Assembly (NCBI GenBank): GCA_964057225.1
Contig: OZ059895.1
Coordinates: 20,088,001 to 20,152,000 of the forward strand
Direction of reading: 5' to 3'
Source of the DNA: Auanema rhodensis
Lineage: Eukaryota > Animalia > Nematoda
DNA: 64,000 nucleotides
Shown here: positions 10,882-25,616 of the stretch, piece by piece
Position numbering within the stretch: the stretch's first letter is position 1
Layout: the number at the start of each line of letters is the position of its first letter
The notes under the pieces: generated by a model
Databases searched by the model: none
What the model was told of the DNA's origin: nothing
Seen by the model: the letters and a program-made list of their open reading frames with translations, nothing else
Position numbers and translations under genes: made by a program

Positions 10882-13800
10882 GAAAAAAGAAATCTAAAAA
10901 CATCTACTTCTTGCTAAATTATTTTGAAATTTTTCGAAAAAATTTTTGTCAAAATGTTTTTGGAAGCAATGTTGAGTGTACATGGAAACTCAACATACAC
11001 TAATGCATCATTTTTCAAACGATCATAACTAATTTTTGTATTGAGCGTTTCTCAATGCAGTATAGTGCATTCGATGCGGATTTTTAAGCTGCGTCGATCT
11101 GTGTTATCAGATTTGCTCTAGCTTAAAAATGCACCGAGATATCAACTGATATATGTTCACACTTATATCCTCGATTTTCACCCTGAAGAAATTATTTTTT
11201 CGTTGAATAACATTGTCCATCGTCTTTGCCTTGAAAAAAGAAATCTAAAAACATCTACTTCTTGCTAAATTATTTTGAAATTTTTGAAAAAATTTTTGTC
11301 AAAATGTTTTTGGAAGCAATGTTGAGTGTACATGGAAACTCAACATACACTAATGCATCATTTTTCAAACGATCATAACTAATTTTTGTATTGAGCGTTT
11401 CTCAATGTAGTATAGTGCATTCGATGCGGATTTTTAAGCTGCGTCGATCTGTGTTATCAGATTTGCTCTAGCTTAAAAATGCACCGAGATATCAACTGAT
11501 ATAAGTTCACACTTAGATCCTCGATTTTCACCCTGAACAATTAATTTTTTCGTTGAATAACAATGTCCATCGTCTTTGCCTTGAAAAAAGAAATCTAAAA
11601 ACATCTACTTCTTGCTAAATTATTTTGAAATTTTTCGAAAAAATTTTTGTCAAAATGTTTTTGGAAGCAATGTTGAGTGTACATGGAAACTCAACATACA
11701 CTAATGCATCATTTTTCAAACGATCATAACTAATTTTTGTATTGAGCGTTTCTCAATGTAGTATAGTGCATTCGATGCGGATTTTTAAGCTGCGTCGATC
11801 TGTGTTATAAGATTTGCGCTAGCTTAAAAATGCACCGAGATATCAACTGATATATGTTCACACTTATATCCTCGATTTTCACCCTGAAGAAATTATTTTT
11901 TCGTTGAATAACATTGTCCATCGTCTTTGCCTTGAAAAAAGGAATCTAAAAACATCTACTTCTTGCTAAATTTTTTTGAAATTTTTCGAAAAAATTTTTG
12001 TCAAAATGTTTTTGGAAGCAATGTTGAGTGTACATGGAAACTCAACATACACTAATGCATCATTTTTCAAACGATCATAACTAATTTTTGTATTAAGCGT
12101 TTCTCAATGTAGTATAGTGCATTCGATGCGGATTTTTAAGCTGCGTCGATCTGTGTTATCAGATTTGCTCTAGCTTAAAAATGCACCGAGATATCAACTG
12201 ATATATGTTCACACTTATATCCTCGATTTTCACCCTGAAGAAATTATTTTTTCGTTGAATAACATTGTCCATCGTCTTTGCCTTGAAAAAAGAAATCTAA
12301 AAACATCTACTTCTTGCTAAATTATTTTGAAATTTTTGAAAAAATTTTTGTCAAAATGTTTTTGGAAGCAATGTTGAGTGTACATGGAAACTCAACATAC
12401 ACTAATGCATCATTTTTCAAACGATCATAACTAATTTTTGTATTGAGCGTTTCTCAATGTAGTATAGTGCATTCGATGCGGATTTTCAAGCTGCGTCGAT
12501 CTGTGTTATCAGATTTGCGCTAGCTTAAAAATGCACCGAGATATCAACTGATATAAGTTCACACTTAGATCCTCGATTTTCACCCTGAACAATTAATTTT
12601 TTCGTTGAATAACAATGTCCATCGTCTTTGCCTTGAAAAAAGAAATCTAAAAACATCTACTTCTTGCTAAATTATTTTGAAATTTTTCGAAAAAATTTTT
12701 GTCAAAATGTTTTTGGAAGCAATGTTGAGTGTACATGGAAACTCAACATACACTAATGCATCATTTTTCAAACGATCATAACTAATTTTTGTATTGAGCG
12801 TTTCTCAATGTAGTATAGTGCATTCGATGCGGATTTTTAAGCTGCGTCGATCTGTGTTATAAGATTTGCGCTAGCTTAAAAATGCACCGAGATATCAACT
12901 GATATATGTTCACACTTATATCCTCGATTTTCACCCTGAAGAAATTATTTTTTCGTTGAATAACATTGTCCATCGTCTTTGCCTTGAAAAAAGGAATCTA
13001 AAAACATCTACTTCTTGCTAAATTTTTTTGAAATTTTTCGAAAAAATTTTTGTCAAAATGTTTTTGGAAGCAATGTTGAGTGTACATGGAAACTCAACAT
13101 ACACTAATGCATCATTTTTCAAACGATCATAACTAATTTTTGTATTAAGCGTTTCTCAATGTAGTATAGTGCATTCGATGCGGATTTTTAAGCTGCGTCG
13201 ATCTGTGTTATCAGATTTGCTCTAGCTTAAAAATGCACCGAGATATCAACTGATATATGTTCACACTTATATCCTCGATTTTCACCCTGAAGAAATTATT
13301 TTTTCGTTGAATAACATTGTCCATCGTCTTTGCCTTGAAAAAAGAAATCTAAAAACATCTACTTCTTGCTAAATTATTTTGAAATTTTTGAAAAAATTTT
13401 TGTCAAAATGTTTTTGGAAGCAATGTTGAGTGTACATGGAAACTCAACATACACTAATGCATCATTTTTCAAACGATCATAACTAATTTTTGTATTGAGC
13501 GTTTCTCAATGTAGTATAGTGCATTCGATGCGGATTTTTAAGCTGCGTCGATCTGTGTTATCAGATTTGCTCTAGCTTAAAAATGCACCGAGATATCAAC
13601 TGATATAAGTTCACACTTAGATCCTCGATTTTCACCCTGAAGAATTAATTTTTTCGTTGAATAACAATGTCCATCGTCTTTGCCTTGAAAAAAGAAATCT
13701 AAAAACATCTACTTCTTGCTAAATTATTTTGAAATTTTTCGAAAAAATTTTTGTCAAAATGTTTTTGGAAGCAATGTTGAGTGTACATGGAAACTCAACA

Positions 13801-16800
13801 TACACTAATGCATCATTTTTCAAACGATCATAACTAATTTTTGTATTGAGCGTTTCTCAATGTAGTATAGTGCATTCGATGCGGATTTTTAAGCTGCGTC
13901 GATCTGTGTTATAAGATTTGCGCTAGCTTAAAAATGCACCGAGATATCAACTGATATATGTTCACACTTATATCCTAGATTTTCACCCTGAAGAAATTAT
14001 TTTTTCGTTGAATAACATTGTCCATCGTCTTTGCCTTGAAAAAAGGAATCTAAAAACATCTACTTCTTGCTAAATTTTTTTGAAATTTTTCGAAAAAATT
14101 TTTGTCAAAATGTTTTTGGAAGCAATGTTGAGTGTACATGGAAACTCAACATACACTAATGCATCATTTTTCAAACGATCATAACTAATTTTTGTATTGA
14201 GCGTTTCTCAATGTAGTATAGTGCATTCGATGCGGATTTTTAAGCTGCGTCGATCTGTATTATCAGATTTGCGCTAGCTTAAAAATGCACCGAGATATCA
14301 ACTGATATATGTTCACACTTATATCCTCGATTTTCACCCTGAAGAAATTATTTTTTCGTTGAATAACATTGTCCATCGTCTTTGCCTTGAAAAAAGGAAT
14401 CTAAAAACATCTACTTCTTGCTAAATTATTTTGAAATTTTTCAAAAAAATTTTTGTCAAAATGTTTTTGGAAGCAATGTTGAGTGTACATGGAAACTCAA
14501 CATACACTAATGCATCATTTTTCAAACGATCATAACTAATTTTTGTATTGAGCGTTTCTCAATGTAGTATAGTGCATTCGATGCGGATTTTTAAGCTGCG
14601 TCGATCTGTGTTATCAGATTTGCGCTAGCTTAAAAATGCACCGAGATATCAACTGATATATGTTCACACTTATATCCTCGATTTTCACCCTGAAGAAATT
14701 ATTTTTTCGTTGAATAACATTGTCCATCGTCTTTGCCTTGAAAAAAGAAATCTAAAAACATCTACTTCTTGCTAAATTATTTTGAAATTTTTCGAAAAAA
14801 TTTTTGTCAAAATGTTTTTGGAAGCAATGTTGAGTGTACATGGAAACTCAACATACACTAATGCATCATTTTTCAAACGATCATAACTAATTTTTGTATT
14901 GAGCGTTTCTCAATGCAGTATAGTGCATTCGATGCGGATTTTTAAGCTGCGTCGATCTGTGTTATCAGATTTGCTCTAGCTTAAAAATGCACCGAGATAT
15001 CAACTGATATATGTTCACACTTATATCCTCGATTTTCACCCTGAAGAAATTATTTTTTCGTTGAATAACATTGTCCATCGTCTTTGCCTTGAAAAAAGAA
15101 ATCTAAAAACATCTACTTCTTGCTAAATTATTTTGAAATTTTTGAAAAAATTTTTGTCAAAATGTTTTTGGAAGCAATGTTGAGTGTACATGGAAACTCA
15201 ACATACACTAATGCATCATTTTTCAAACGATCATAACTAATTTTTGTATTGAGCGTTTCTCAATGTAGTATAGTGCATTCGATGCGGATTTTTAAGCTGC
15301 GTCGATCTGTGTTATCAGATTTGCTCTAGCTTAAAAATGCACCGAGATATCAACTGATATAAGTTCACACTTAGATCCTCGATTTTCACCCTGAAGAATT
15401 AATTTTTTCGTTGAATAACAATGTCCATCGTCTTTGCCTTGAAAAAAGAAATCTAAAAACATCTACTTCTTGCTAAATTATTTTGAAATTTTTCGAAAAA
15501 ATTTTTGTCAAAATGTTTTTGGAAGCAATGTTGAGTGTACATGGAAACTCAACATACACTAATGCATCATTTTTCAAACGATCATAACTAATTTTTGTAT
15601 TGAGCGTTTCTCAATGTAGTATAGTGCATTCGATGCGGATTTTTAAGCTGCGTCGATCTGTGTTATAAGATTTGCGCTAGCTTAAAAATGCACCGAGATA
15701 TCAACTGATATATGTTCACACTTATATCCTCGATTTTCACCCTGAAGAAATTATTTTTTCGTTGAATAACATTGTCCATCGTCTTTGCCTTGAAAAAAGG
15801 AATCTAAAAACATCTACTTCTTGCTAAATTTTTTTGAAATTTTTCGAAAAAATTTTTGTCAAAATGTTTTTGGAAGCAATGTTGAGTGTACATGGAAACT
15901 CAACATACACTAATGCATCATTTTTCAAACGATCATAACTAATTTTTGTATTAAGCGTTTCTCAATGTAGTATAGTGCATTCGATGCGGATTTTTAAGCT
16001 GCGTCGATCTGTGTTATCAGATTTGCTCTAGCTTAAAAATGCACCGAGATATCAACTGATATATGTTCACACTTATATCCTCGATTTTCACCCTGAAGAA
16101 ATTATTTTTTCGTTGAATAACATTGTCCATCGTCTTTGCCTTGAAAAAAGAAATCTAAAAACATCTACTTCTTGCTAAATTATTTTGAAATTTTTGAAAA
16201 AATTTTTGTCAAAATGTTTTTGGAAGCAATGTTGAGTGTACATGGAAACTCAACATACACTAATGCATCATTTTTCAAACGATCATAACTAATTTTTGTA
16301 TTGAGCGTTTCTCAATGTAGTATAGTGCATTCGATGCGGATTTTTAAGCTGCGTCGATCTGTGTTATCAGATTTGCTCTAGCTTAAAAATGCACCGAGAT
16401 ATCAACTGATATAAGTTCACACTTAGATCCTCGATTTTCACCCTGAAGAATTAATTTTTTCGTTGAATAACAATGTCCATCGTCTTTGCCTTGAAAAAAG
16501 AAATCTAAAAACATCTACTTCTTGCTAAATTATTTTGAAATTTTTCGAAAAAATTTTTGTCAAAATGTTTTTGGAAGCAATGTTGAGTGTACATGGAAAC
16601 TCAACATACACTAATGCATCATTTTTCAAACGATCATAACTAATTTTTGTATTGAGCGTTTCTCAATGTAGTATAGTGCATTCGATGCGGATTTTTAAGC
16701 TGCGTCGATCTGTGTTATAAGATTTGCGCTAGCTTAAAAATGCACCGAGATATCAACTGATATATGTTCACACTTATATCCTCGATTTTCACCCTGAAGA

Positions 16801-19298
16801 AATTATTTTTTCGTTGAATAACATTGTCCATCGTCTTTGCCTTGAAAAAAGGAATCTAAAAACATCTACTTCTTGCTAAATTTTTTTGAAATTTTTCGAA
16901 AAAATTTTTGTCAAAATGTTTTTGGAAGCAATGTTGAGTGTACATGGAAACTCAACATACACTAATGCATCATTTTTCAAACGATCATAACTAATTTTTG
17001 TATTGAGCGTTTCTCAATGTAGTATAGTGCATTCGATGCGGATTTTTAAGCTGCGTCGATCTGTATTATCAGATTTGCGCTAGCTTAAAAATGCACCGAG
17101 ATATCAACTGATATATGTTCACACTTATATCCTCGATTTTCACCCTGAAGAAATTATTTTTTCGTTGAATAACATTGTCCATCGTCTTTGCCTTGAAAAA
17201 AGGAATCTAAAAACATCTACTTCTTGCTAAATTATTTTGAAATTTTTCAAAAAAATTTTTGTCAAAATGTTTTTGGAAGCAATGTTGAGTGTACATGGAA
17301 ACTCAACATACACTAATGCATCATTTTTCAAACGATCATAACTAATTTTTGTATTGAGCGTTTCTCAATGTAGTATAGTGCATTCGATGCGGATTTTTAA
17401 GCTGCGTCGATCTGTGTTATCAGATTTGCGCTAGCTTAAAAATGCACCGAGATATCAACTGATATATGTTCACACTTATATCCTCGATTTTCACCCTGAA
17501 GAAATTATTTTTTCGTTGAATAACATTGTCCATCGTCTTTGCCTTGAAAAAAGAAATCTAAAAACATCTACTTCTTGCTAAATTATTTTGAAATTTTTCG
17601 AAAAAATTTTTGTCAAAATGTTTTTGGAAGCAATGTTGAGTGTACATGGAAACTCAACATACACTAATGCATCATTTTTCAAACGATCATAACTAATTTT
17701 TGTATTGAGCGTTTCTCAATGCAGTATAGTGCATTCGATGCGGATTTTTAAGCTGCGTCGATCTGTGTTATCAGATTTGCTCTAGCTTAAAAATGCACCG
17801 AGATATCAACTGATATATGTTCACACTTATATCCTCGATTTTCACCCTGAAGAAATTATTTTTTCGTTGAATAACATTGTCCATCGTCTTTGCCTTGAAA
17901 AAAGAAATCTAAAAACATCTACTTCTTGCTAAATTATTTTGAAATTTTTGAAAAAATTTTTGTCAAAATGTTTTTGGAAGCAATGTTGAGTGTACATGGA
18001 AACTCAACATACACTAATGCATCATTTTTCAAACGATCATAACTAATTTTTGTATTGAGCGTTTCTCAATGTAGTATAGTGCATTCGATGCGGATTTTTA
18101 AGCTGCGTCGATCTGTGTTATCAGATTTGCTCTAGCTTAAAAATGCACCGAGATATCAACTGATATAAGTTCACACTTAGATCCTCGATTTTCACCCTGA
18201 AGAATTAATTTTTTCGTTGAATAACAATGTCCATCGTCTTTGCCTTGAAAAAAGAAATCTAAAAACATCTACTTCTTGCTAAATTATTTTGAAATTTTTC
18301 GAAAAAATTTTTGTCAAAATGTTTTTGGAAGCAATGTTGAGTGTACATGGAAACTCAACATACACTAATGCATCATTTTTCAAACGATCATAACTAATTT
18401 TTGTATTGAGCGTTTCTCAATGTAGTATAGTGCATTCGATGCGGATTTTTAAGCTGCGTCGATCTGTGTTATAAGATTTGCGCTAGCTTAAAAATGCACC
18501 GAGATATCAACTGATATATGTTCACACTTATATCCTCGATTTTCACCCTGAAGAAATTATTTTTTCGTTGAATAACATTGTCCATCGTCTTTGCCTTGAA
18601 AAAAGGAATCTAAAAACATCTACTTCTTGCTAAATTTTTTTGAAATTTTTCGAAAAAATTTTTGTCAAAATGTTTTTGGAAGCAATGTTGAGTGTACATG
18701 GAAACTCAACATACACTAATGCATCATTTTTCAAACGATCATAACTAATTTTTGTATTAAGCGTTTCTCAATGTAGTATAGTGCATTCGATGCGGATTTT
18801 TAAGCTGCGTCGATCTGTGTTATCAGATTTGCTCTAGCTTAAAAATGCACCGAGATATCAACTGATATATGTTCACACTTATATCCTCGATTTTCACCCT
18901 GAAGAAATTATTTTTTCGTTGAATAACATTGTCCATCGTCTTTGCCTTGAAAAAAGAAATCTAAAAACATCTACTTCTTGCTAAATTATTTTGAAATTTT
19001 TGAAAAAATTTTTGTCAAAATGTTTTTGGAAGCAATGTTGAGTGTACATGGAAACTCAACATACACTAATGCATCATTTTTCAAACGATCATAACTAATT
19101 TTTGTATTGAGCGTTTCTCAATGTAGTATAGTGCATTCGATGCGGATTTTTAAGCTGCGTCGATCTGTGTTATCAGATTTGCTCTAGCTTAAAAATGCAC
19201 CGAGATATCAACTGATATAAGTTCACACTTAGATCCTCGATTTTCACCCTGAAGAATTAATTTTTTCGTTGAATAACAATGTCCATCGTCTTTGCCTT
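10882..19298. repeat. Nested trimer (1052 bp) / 8-mer (2806 bp) higher-order domain, M32-55
   Basis: 350-bp monomers lacking m54 C start at 11233, 12285, 13337, 15091, 16143, 17897 and 18949 (spacing 3,3,5,3,5,3 monomers). CTGTATT (M41, M49), TTCAAAAAAA (M42, M50) and CAATGCAG (M43, M51) repeat every 2806 bp. Confidence 0.9.
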
Positions 19299-22200
19299 GA
19301 AAAAAGAAATCTAAAAACATCTACTTCTTGCTAAATTATTTTGAAATTTTTCGAAAAAATTTTTGTCAAAATGTTTTTGGAAGCAATGTTGAGTGTACAT
19401 GGAAACTCAACATACACTAATGCATCATTTTTCAAACGATCATAACTAATTTTTGTATTAAGCGTTTCTCAATGTAGTATAGTGCATTCGATGCGGATTT
19501 TTAAGCTGCGTCGATCTGTGTTATCAGATTTGCTCTAGCTTAAAAATGCACCGAGATATCAACTGATATATGTTCACACTTATATCCTCGATTTTCACCC
19601 TGAAGAAATTATTTTTTCGTTGAATAACATTGTCCATCGTCTTTGCCTTGAAAAAAGGAATCTAAAAACATCTACTTCTTGCTAAATTATTTTGAAATTT
19701 TTCGAAAAAATTTTTGTCAAAATGTTTTTGGAAGCAATGTTGAGTGTACATGGAAACTCAACATACACTAATGCATCATTTTTCAAACGATCATAACTAA
19801 GTTTTGTATTGAGCGTTTCTCAATGTAGTATAGTGCATTCGATGCGGATTTTTAAGCTGCGTCCATCTGTGTTATAAGATTTGCGCTAGCTTAAAAATGC
19901 ACCGAGATATCAACTGATATATGTTCACACTTATATCCTCGATTTTCACCCTGAAGAAATTATTTTTTCGTTGAATAACATTGTCCATCGTCTTTGCCTT
20001 GAAAAAAGGAATCTAAAAACATCTACTTCTTGCTAAATTATTTTGAAATTTTTCGAAAAAATTTTTGTCAAAATGTTTTTGGAAGCAATGTTGAGTGTAC
20101 ATGGAAACTCAACATACACTAATGCATCATTTTTCAAACGATCATAACTAATTTTTGTATTAAGCGTTTCTCAATGTAGTATAGTGCATTCGATGCGGAT
20201 TTTTAAGCTGCGTCGATCTGTGTTATCAGATTTGCTCTAGCTTAAAAATGCACCGAGATATCAACTGATATATGTTCACACTTATATCCTCGATTTTCAC
20301 CCTGAAGAAATTATTTTTTCGTTGAATAATATTGTCCATCGTCTTTGCCTTGAAAAAAGGAATCTAAAAACATCTACTTCTTGCTAAATTATTTTGAAAT
20401 TTTTCGAAAAAATTTTTGTCAAAATGTTTTTGGAAGCAATGTTGAGTGTACATGGAAACTCAACATACACTAATGCATCATTTTTCAAACGATCATAACT
20501 AATTTTTGTAGTAAGCGTTTCTCAATGTAGTATAGTGCATTCGATGCGGATTTTTAAGCTGCGTCGATCTGTGTTATAAGATTTGCGCTAGCTTAAAAAT
20601 GCACCGAGATATCAACTGATATATGTTCACACTTATATCCTCGATTTTCACCCTGAAGAAATTATTTTTTCGTTGAATAACATTGTCCATCGTCTTTGCC
20701 TTAAAAAAAGGAATCTAAAAACATCTACTTCTTGCTAAATTATTTTGAAATTTTTCGAAAAAATTTTTGTCAAAATGTTTTTGGAAGCAATGTTGAGTGT
20801 ACATGGAAACTCAACATACACTAATGCATCATTTTTCAAACGATCATAACTAATTTTTGTAGTAAGCGTTTCTCAATGTAGTATAGTGCATTCGATGCGG
20901 ATTTTTAAGCTGCGTCGATCTGTGTTATAAGATTTGCGCTAGCTTAAAAATGCACCGAGATATCAACTGATATATGTTCACACTTATATCCTCGATTTTC
21001 ACCCTGAAGAAATTATTTTTTCGTTGAATAACATTGTCCATCGTCTTTGCCTTGAAAAAAGGAATCTAAAAACATCTACTTCTTGCTAAATTATTTTGAA
21101 ATTTTTCGAAAAAATTTTTGTCAAAATGTTTTTGGAAGCAATGTTGAGTGTACATGGAAACTCAACATACACTAATGCATCATTTTTCAAACGATCATAA
21201 CTAATTTTTGTATTAAGCGTTTCTCAATGTAGTATAGTGCATTCGATGCGGATTTTTAAGCTGCGTCGATCTGTGTTATCAGATTTGCTCTAGCTTAAAA
21301 ATGCACCGAGATATCAACTGATATATGTTCACACTTATATCCTCGATTTTCACCCTGAAGAAATTATTTTTTCGTTGAATAACATTGTCCATCGTCTTTG
21401 CCTTGAAAAAAGGAATCTAAAAACATCTACTTCTTGCTAAATTATTTTGAAATTTTTCGAAAAAATTTTTGTCAAAATGTTTTTGGAAGCAATGTTGAGT
21501 GTACATGGAAACTCAACATACACTAATGCATCATTTTTCAAACGATCATAACTAATTTTTGTATTGAGCGTTTCTCAATGTAGTATAGTGCATTCGATGC
21601 GGATTTTTAAGCTGCGTCGATCTGTGTTATCAGATTTGCGCTAGCTTAAAAATGCACCGAGATATCAACTGATATATGTTCACACTTATATCCTCGATTT
21701 TCACCCTGAAGAAATTATTTTTTCGTTGAATAACATTGTCCATCGTCTTTGCCTTGAAAAAAGAAATCTAAAAACATCTACTTCTTGCTAAATTATTTTG
21801 AAATTTTTCGAAAAAATTTTTGTCAAAATGTTTTTGGAAGCAATGTTGAGTGTACATGGAAACTCAACATACACTAATGCATCATTTTTCAAACGATCAT
21901 AACTAATTTTTGTATTGAGCGTTTCTCAATGTAGTATAGTGCATTCGATGCGGATTTTTAAGCTGCGTCGATCTGTGTTATCAGATTTGCTCTAGCTTAA
22001 AAATGCACCGAGATATCAACTGATATATGTTCACACTTATATCCTCGATTTTCACCCTGAAGAAATTATTTTTTCGTTGAATAACATTGTCCATCGTCTT
22101 TGCCTTGAAAAAAGGAATCTAAAAACATCTACTTCTTGCTAAATTATTTTGAAATTTTTCGAAAAAATTTTTGTCAAAATGTTTTTGGAAGCAATGTTGA

Positions 22201-22808
22201 GTGTACATGGAAACTCAACATACACTAATGCATCATTTTTCAAACGATCATAACTAATTTTTGTATTGAGCGTTTCTCAATGTAGTATAGTGCATTCGAT
22301 GCGGATTTTTAAGCTGCGTCGATCTGTGTTATCAGATTTGCGCTAGCTTAAAAATGCACCGAGATATCAACTGATATATGTTCACACTTATATCCTCGAT
22401 TTTCACCCTGAAGAAATTATTTTTTCGTTGAATAACATTGTCCATCGTCTTTGCCTTGAAAAAAGAAATCTAAAAACATCTACTTCTTGCTAAATTATTT
22501 TGAAATTTTTCGAAAAAATTTTTGTCAAAATGTTTTTGGAAGCAATGTTGAGTGTACATGGAAACTCAACATACACTAATGCATCATTTTTCAAACGATC
22601 ATAACTAATTTTTGTATTGAGCGTTTCTCAATGTAGTATAGTGCATTCGATGCGGATTTTTAAGCTGCGTCGATCTGTGTTATCAGATTTGCTCTAGCTT
22701 AAAAATGCACCGAGATATCAACTGATATATGTTCACACTTATATCCTCGATTTTCACCCTGAAGAAATTATTTTTTCGTTGAATAACATTGTCCATCGTC
22801 TTTGCCTT

Positions 22809-25616
22809 GAAAAAAGGAATCTAAAAACATCTACTTCTTGCTAAATTATTTTGAAATTTTTCGAAAAAATTTTTGTCAAAATGTTTTTGGAAGCAATGTT
22901 GAGTGTACATGGAAACTCAACATACACTAATGCATCATTTTTCAAACGATCATAACTAATTTTTGTATTGAGCGTTTCTCAATGTAGTATAGTGCATTCG
23001 ATGCGGATTTTTAAGCTGCGTCGATCTGTGTTATCAGATTTGCGCTAGCTTAAAAATGCACCGAGATATCAACTGATATATGTTCACACTTATATCCTCG
23101 ATTTTCACCCTGAAGAAATTATTTTTTCGTTGAATAACATTGTCCATCGTCTTTGCCTTGAAAAAAGGAATCTAAAAACATCTACTTCTTGCTAAATTAT
23201 TTTGAAATTTTTCGAAAAAATTTTTGTCAAAATGTTTTTGGAAGCAATGTTGAGTGTACATGGAAACTCAACATACACTAATGCATCATTTTTCAAACGA
23301 TCATAACTAATTCTTGTATTGAGCGTTTCTCAATGTAGTATAGTGCATTCGATGCGGATTTTTAAGCTGCGTCGATCTGTGTTATCAGATTTGCTCTAGC
23401 TTAAAAATGCACCGAGATATCAACTGATATATGTTCACACTTATATCCTCGATTTTCACCCTGAAGAAATTATTTTTTCGTTGAATAACATTGTCCATCG
23501 TCTTTGCCTTGAAAAAAGGAATCTAAAAACATCTACTTCTTGCTAAATTATTTTGAAATTTTTCGAAAAAATTTTTGTCAAAATGTTTTTGGAAGCAATG
23601 TTGAGTGTACATGGAAACTCAACATACACTAATGCATCATTTTTCAAACGATCATAACTAATTTTTGTATTGAGCGTTTCTCAATGTAGTATAGTGCATT
23701 CGATGCGGATTTTTAAGCTGCGTCGATCTGTGTTATAAGATTTGCGCTAGCTTAAAAATGCACCGAGATATCAACTGATATATGTTCACACTTATATCCT
23801 CGATTTTCACCCTGAAGAAATTATTTTTTCGTTGAATAACATTGTCCATCGTCTTTGCCTTGAAAAAAGGAATCTAAAAACATCTACTTCTTGCTAAATT
23901 ATTTTGAAATTTTTCGAAAAAATTTTTGTCAAAATGTTTTTGGAAGCAATGTTGAGTGTACATGGAAACTCAACATACACTAATGCATCATTTTTCAAAC
24001 GATCATAACTAATTTTTGTATTGAGCGTTTCTCAATGTAGTATAGTGCATTCGATGCGGATTTTTAAGCTGCGTCGATCTGTGTTATCAGATTTGCTCTA
24101 GCTTAAAAATGCACCGAGATATCAACTGATATATGTTCACACTTATATCCTCGATTTTCACCCTGAAGAAATTATTTTTTCGTTGAATAACATTGTCCAT
24201 CGTCTTTGCCTTGAAAAAAGGAATCTAAAAACATCTACTTCTTGCTAAATTATTTTGAAATTTTTCGAAAAAATTTTTGTCAAAATGTTTTTGGAAGCAA
24301 TGTTGAGTGTACATGGAAACTCAACATACACTAATGCATCATTTTTCAAACGATCATAACTAATTTTTGTATTGAGCGTTTCTCAATGTAGTATAGTGCA
24401 TTCGATGCGGATTTTTAAGCTGCGTCGATCTGTGTTATCAGATTTGCGCTAGCTTAAAAATGCACCGAGATATCAACTGATATATGTTCACACTTATATC
24501 CTCGATTTTCACCCTGAAGAAATTATTTTTTCGTTGAATAACATTGTCCATCGTCTTTGCCTTGAAAAAAGGAATCTAAAAACATCTACTTCTTGCTAAA
24601 TTATTTTGAAATTTTTCGAAAAAATTTTTGTCAAAATGTTTTTGGAAGCAATGTTGAGTGTACATGGAAACTCAACATACACTAATGCATCATTTTTCAA
24701 ACGATCATAACTAATTCTTGTATTGAGCGTTTCTCAATGTAGTATAGTGCATTCGATGCGGATTTTTAAGCTGCGTCGATCTGTGTTATCAGATTTGCTC
24801 TAGCTTAAAAATGCACCGAGATATCAACTGATATATGTTCACACTTATATCCTCGATTTTCACCCTGAAGAAATTATTTTTTCGTTGAATAACATTGTCC
24901 ATCGTCTTTGCCTTGAAAAAAGGAATCTAAAAACATCTACTTCTTGCTAAATTATTTTGAAATTTTTCGAAAAAATTTTTGTCAAAATGTTTTTGGAAGC
25001 AATGTTGAGTGTACATGGAAACTCAACATACACTAATGCATCATTTTTCAAACGATCATAACTAATTTTTGTATTGAGCGTTTCTCAATGTAGTATAGTG
25101 CATTCGATGCGGATTTTTAAGCTGCGTCGATCTGTGTTATAAGATTTGCGCTAGCTTAAAAATGCACCGAGATATCAACTGATATATGTTCACACTTATA
25201 TCCTCGATTTTCACCCTGAAGAAATTATTTTTTCGTTGAATAACATTGTCCATCGTCTTTGCCTTGAAAAAAGGAATCTAAAAACATCTACTTCTTGCTA
25301 AATTATTTTGAAATTTTTCGAAAAAATTTTTGTCAAAATGTTTTTGGAAGCAATGTTGAGTGTACATGGAAACTCAACATACACTAATGCATCATTTTTC
25401 AAACGATCATAACTAATTTTTGTATTGAGCGTTTCTCAATGTAGTATAGTGCATTCGATGCGGATTTTTAAGCTGCGTCGATCTGTGTTATCAGATTTGC
25501 TCTAGCTTAAAAAAGCACCGAGATATCAACTGATATATGTTCACACTTATATCCTCGATTTTCACCCTGAAGAAATTATTTTTTCGTTGAATAACATTGT
25601 CCATCGTCTTTGCCTT
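22809..25616. repeat. 4-mer higher-order repeat (1404 bp) x2, M66-69 / M70-73
   Basis: AATTCTTG+GCTCTA (M67, M71), TTATAAGA (M68, M72) and GCTCTA (M69, M73). A dimer duplication M62-63/M64-65 precedes it. Confidence 0.85.
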
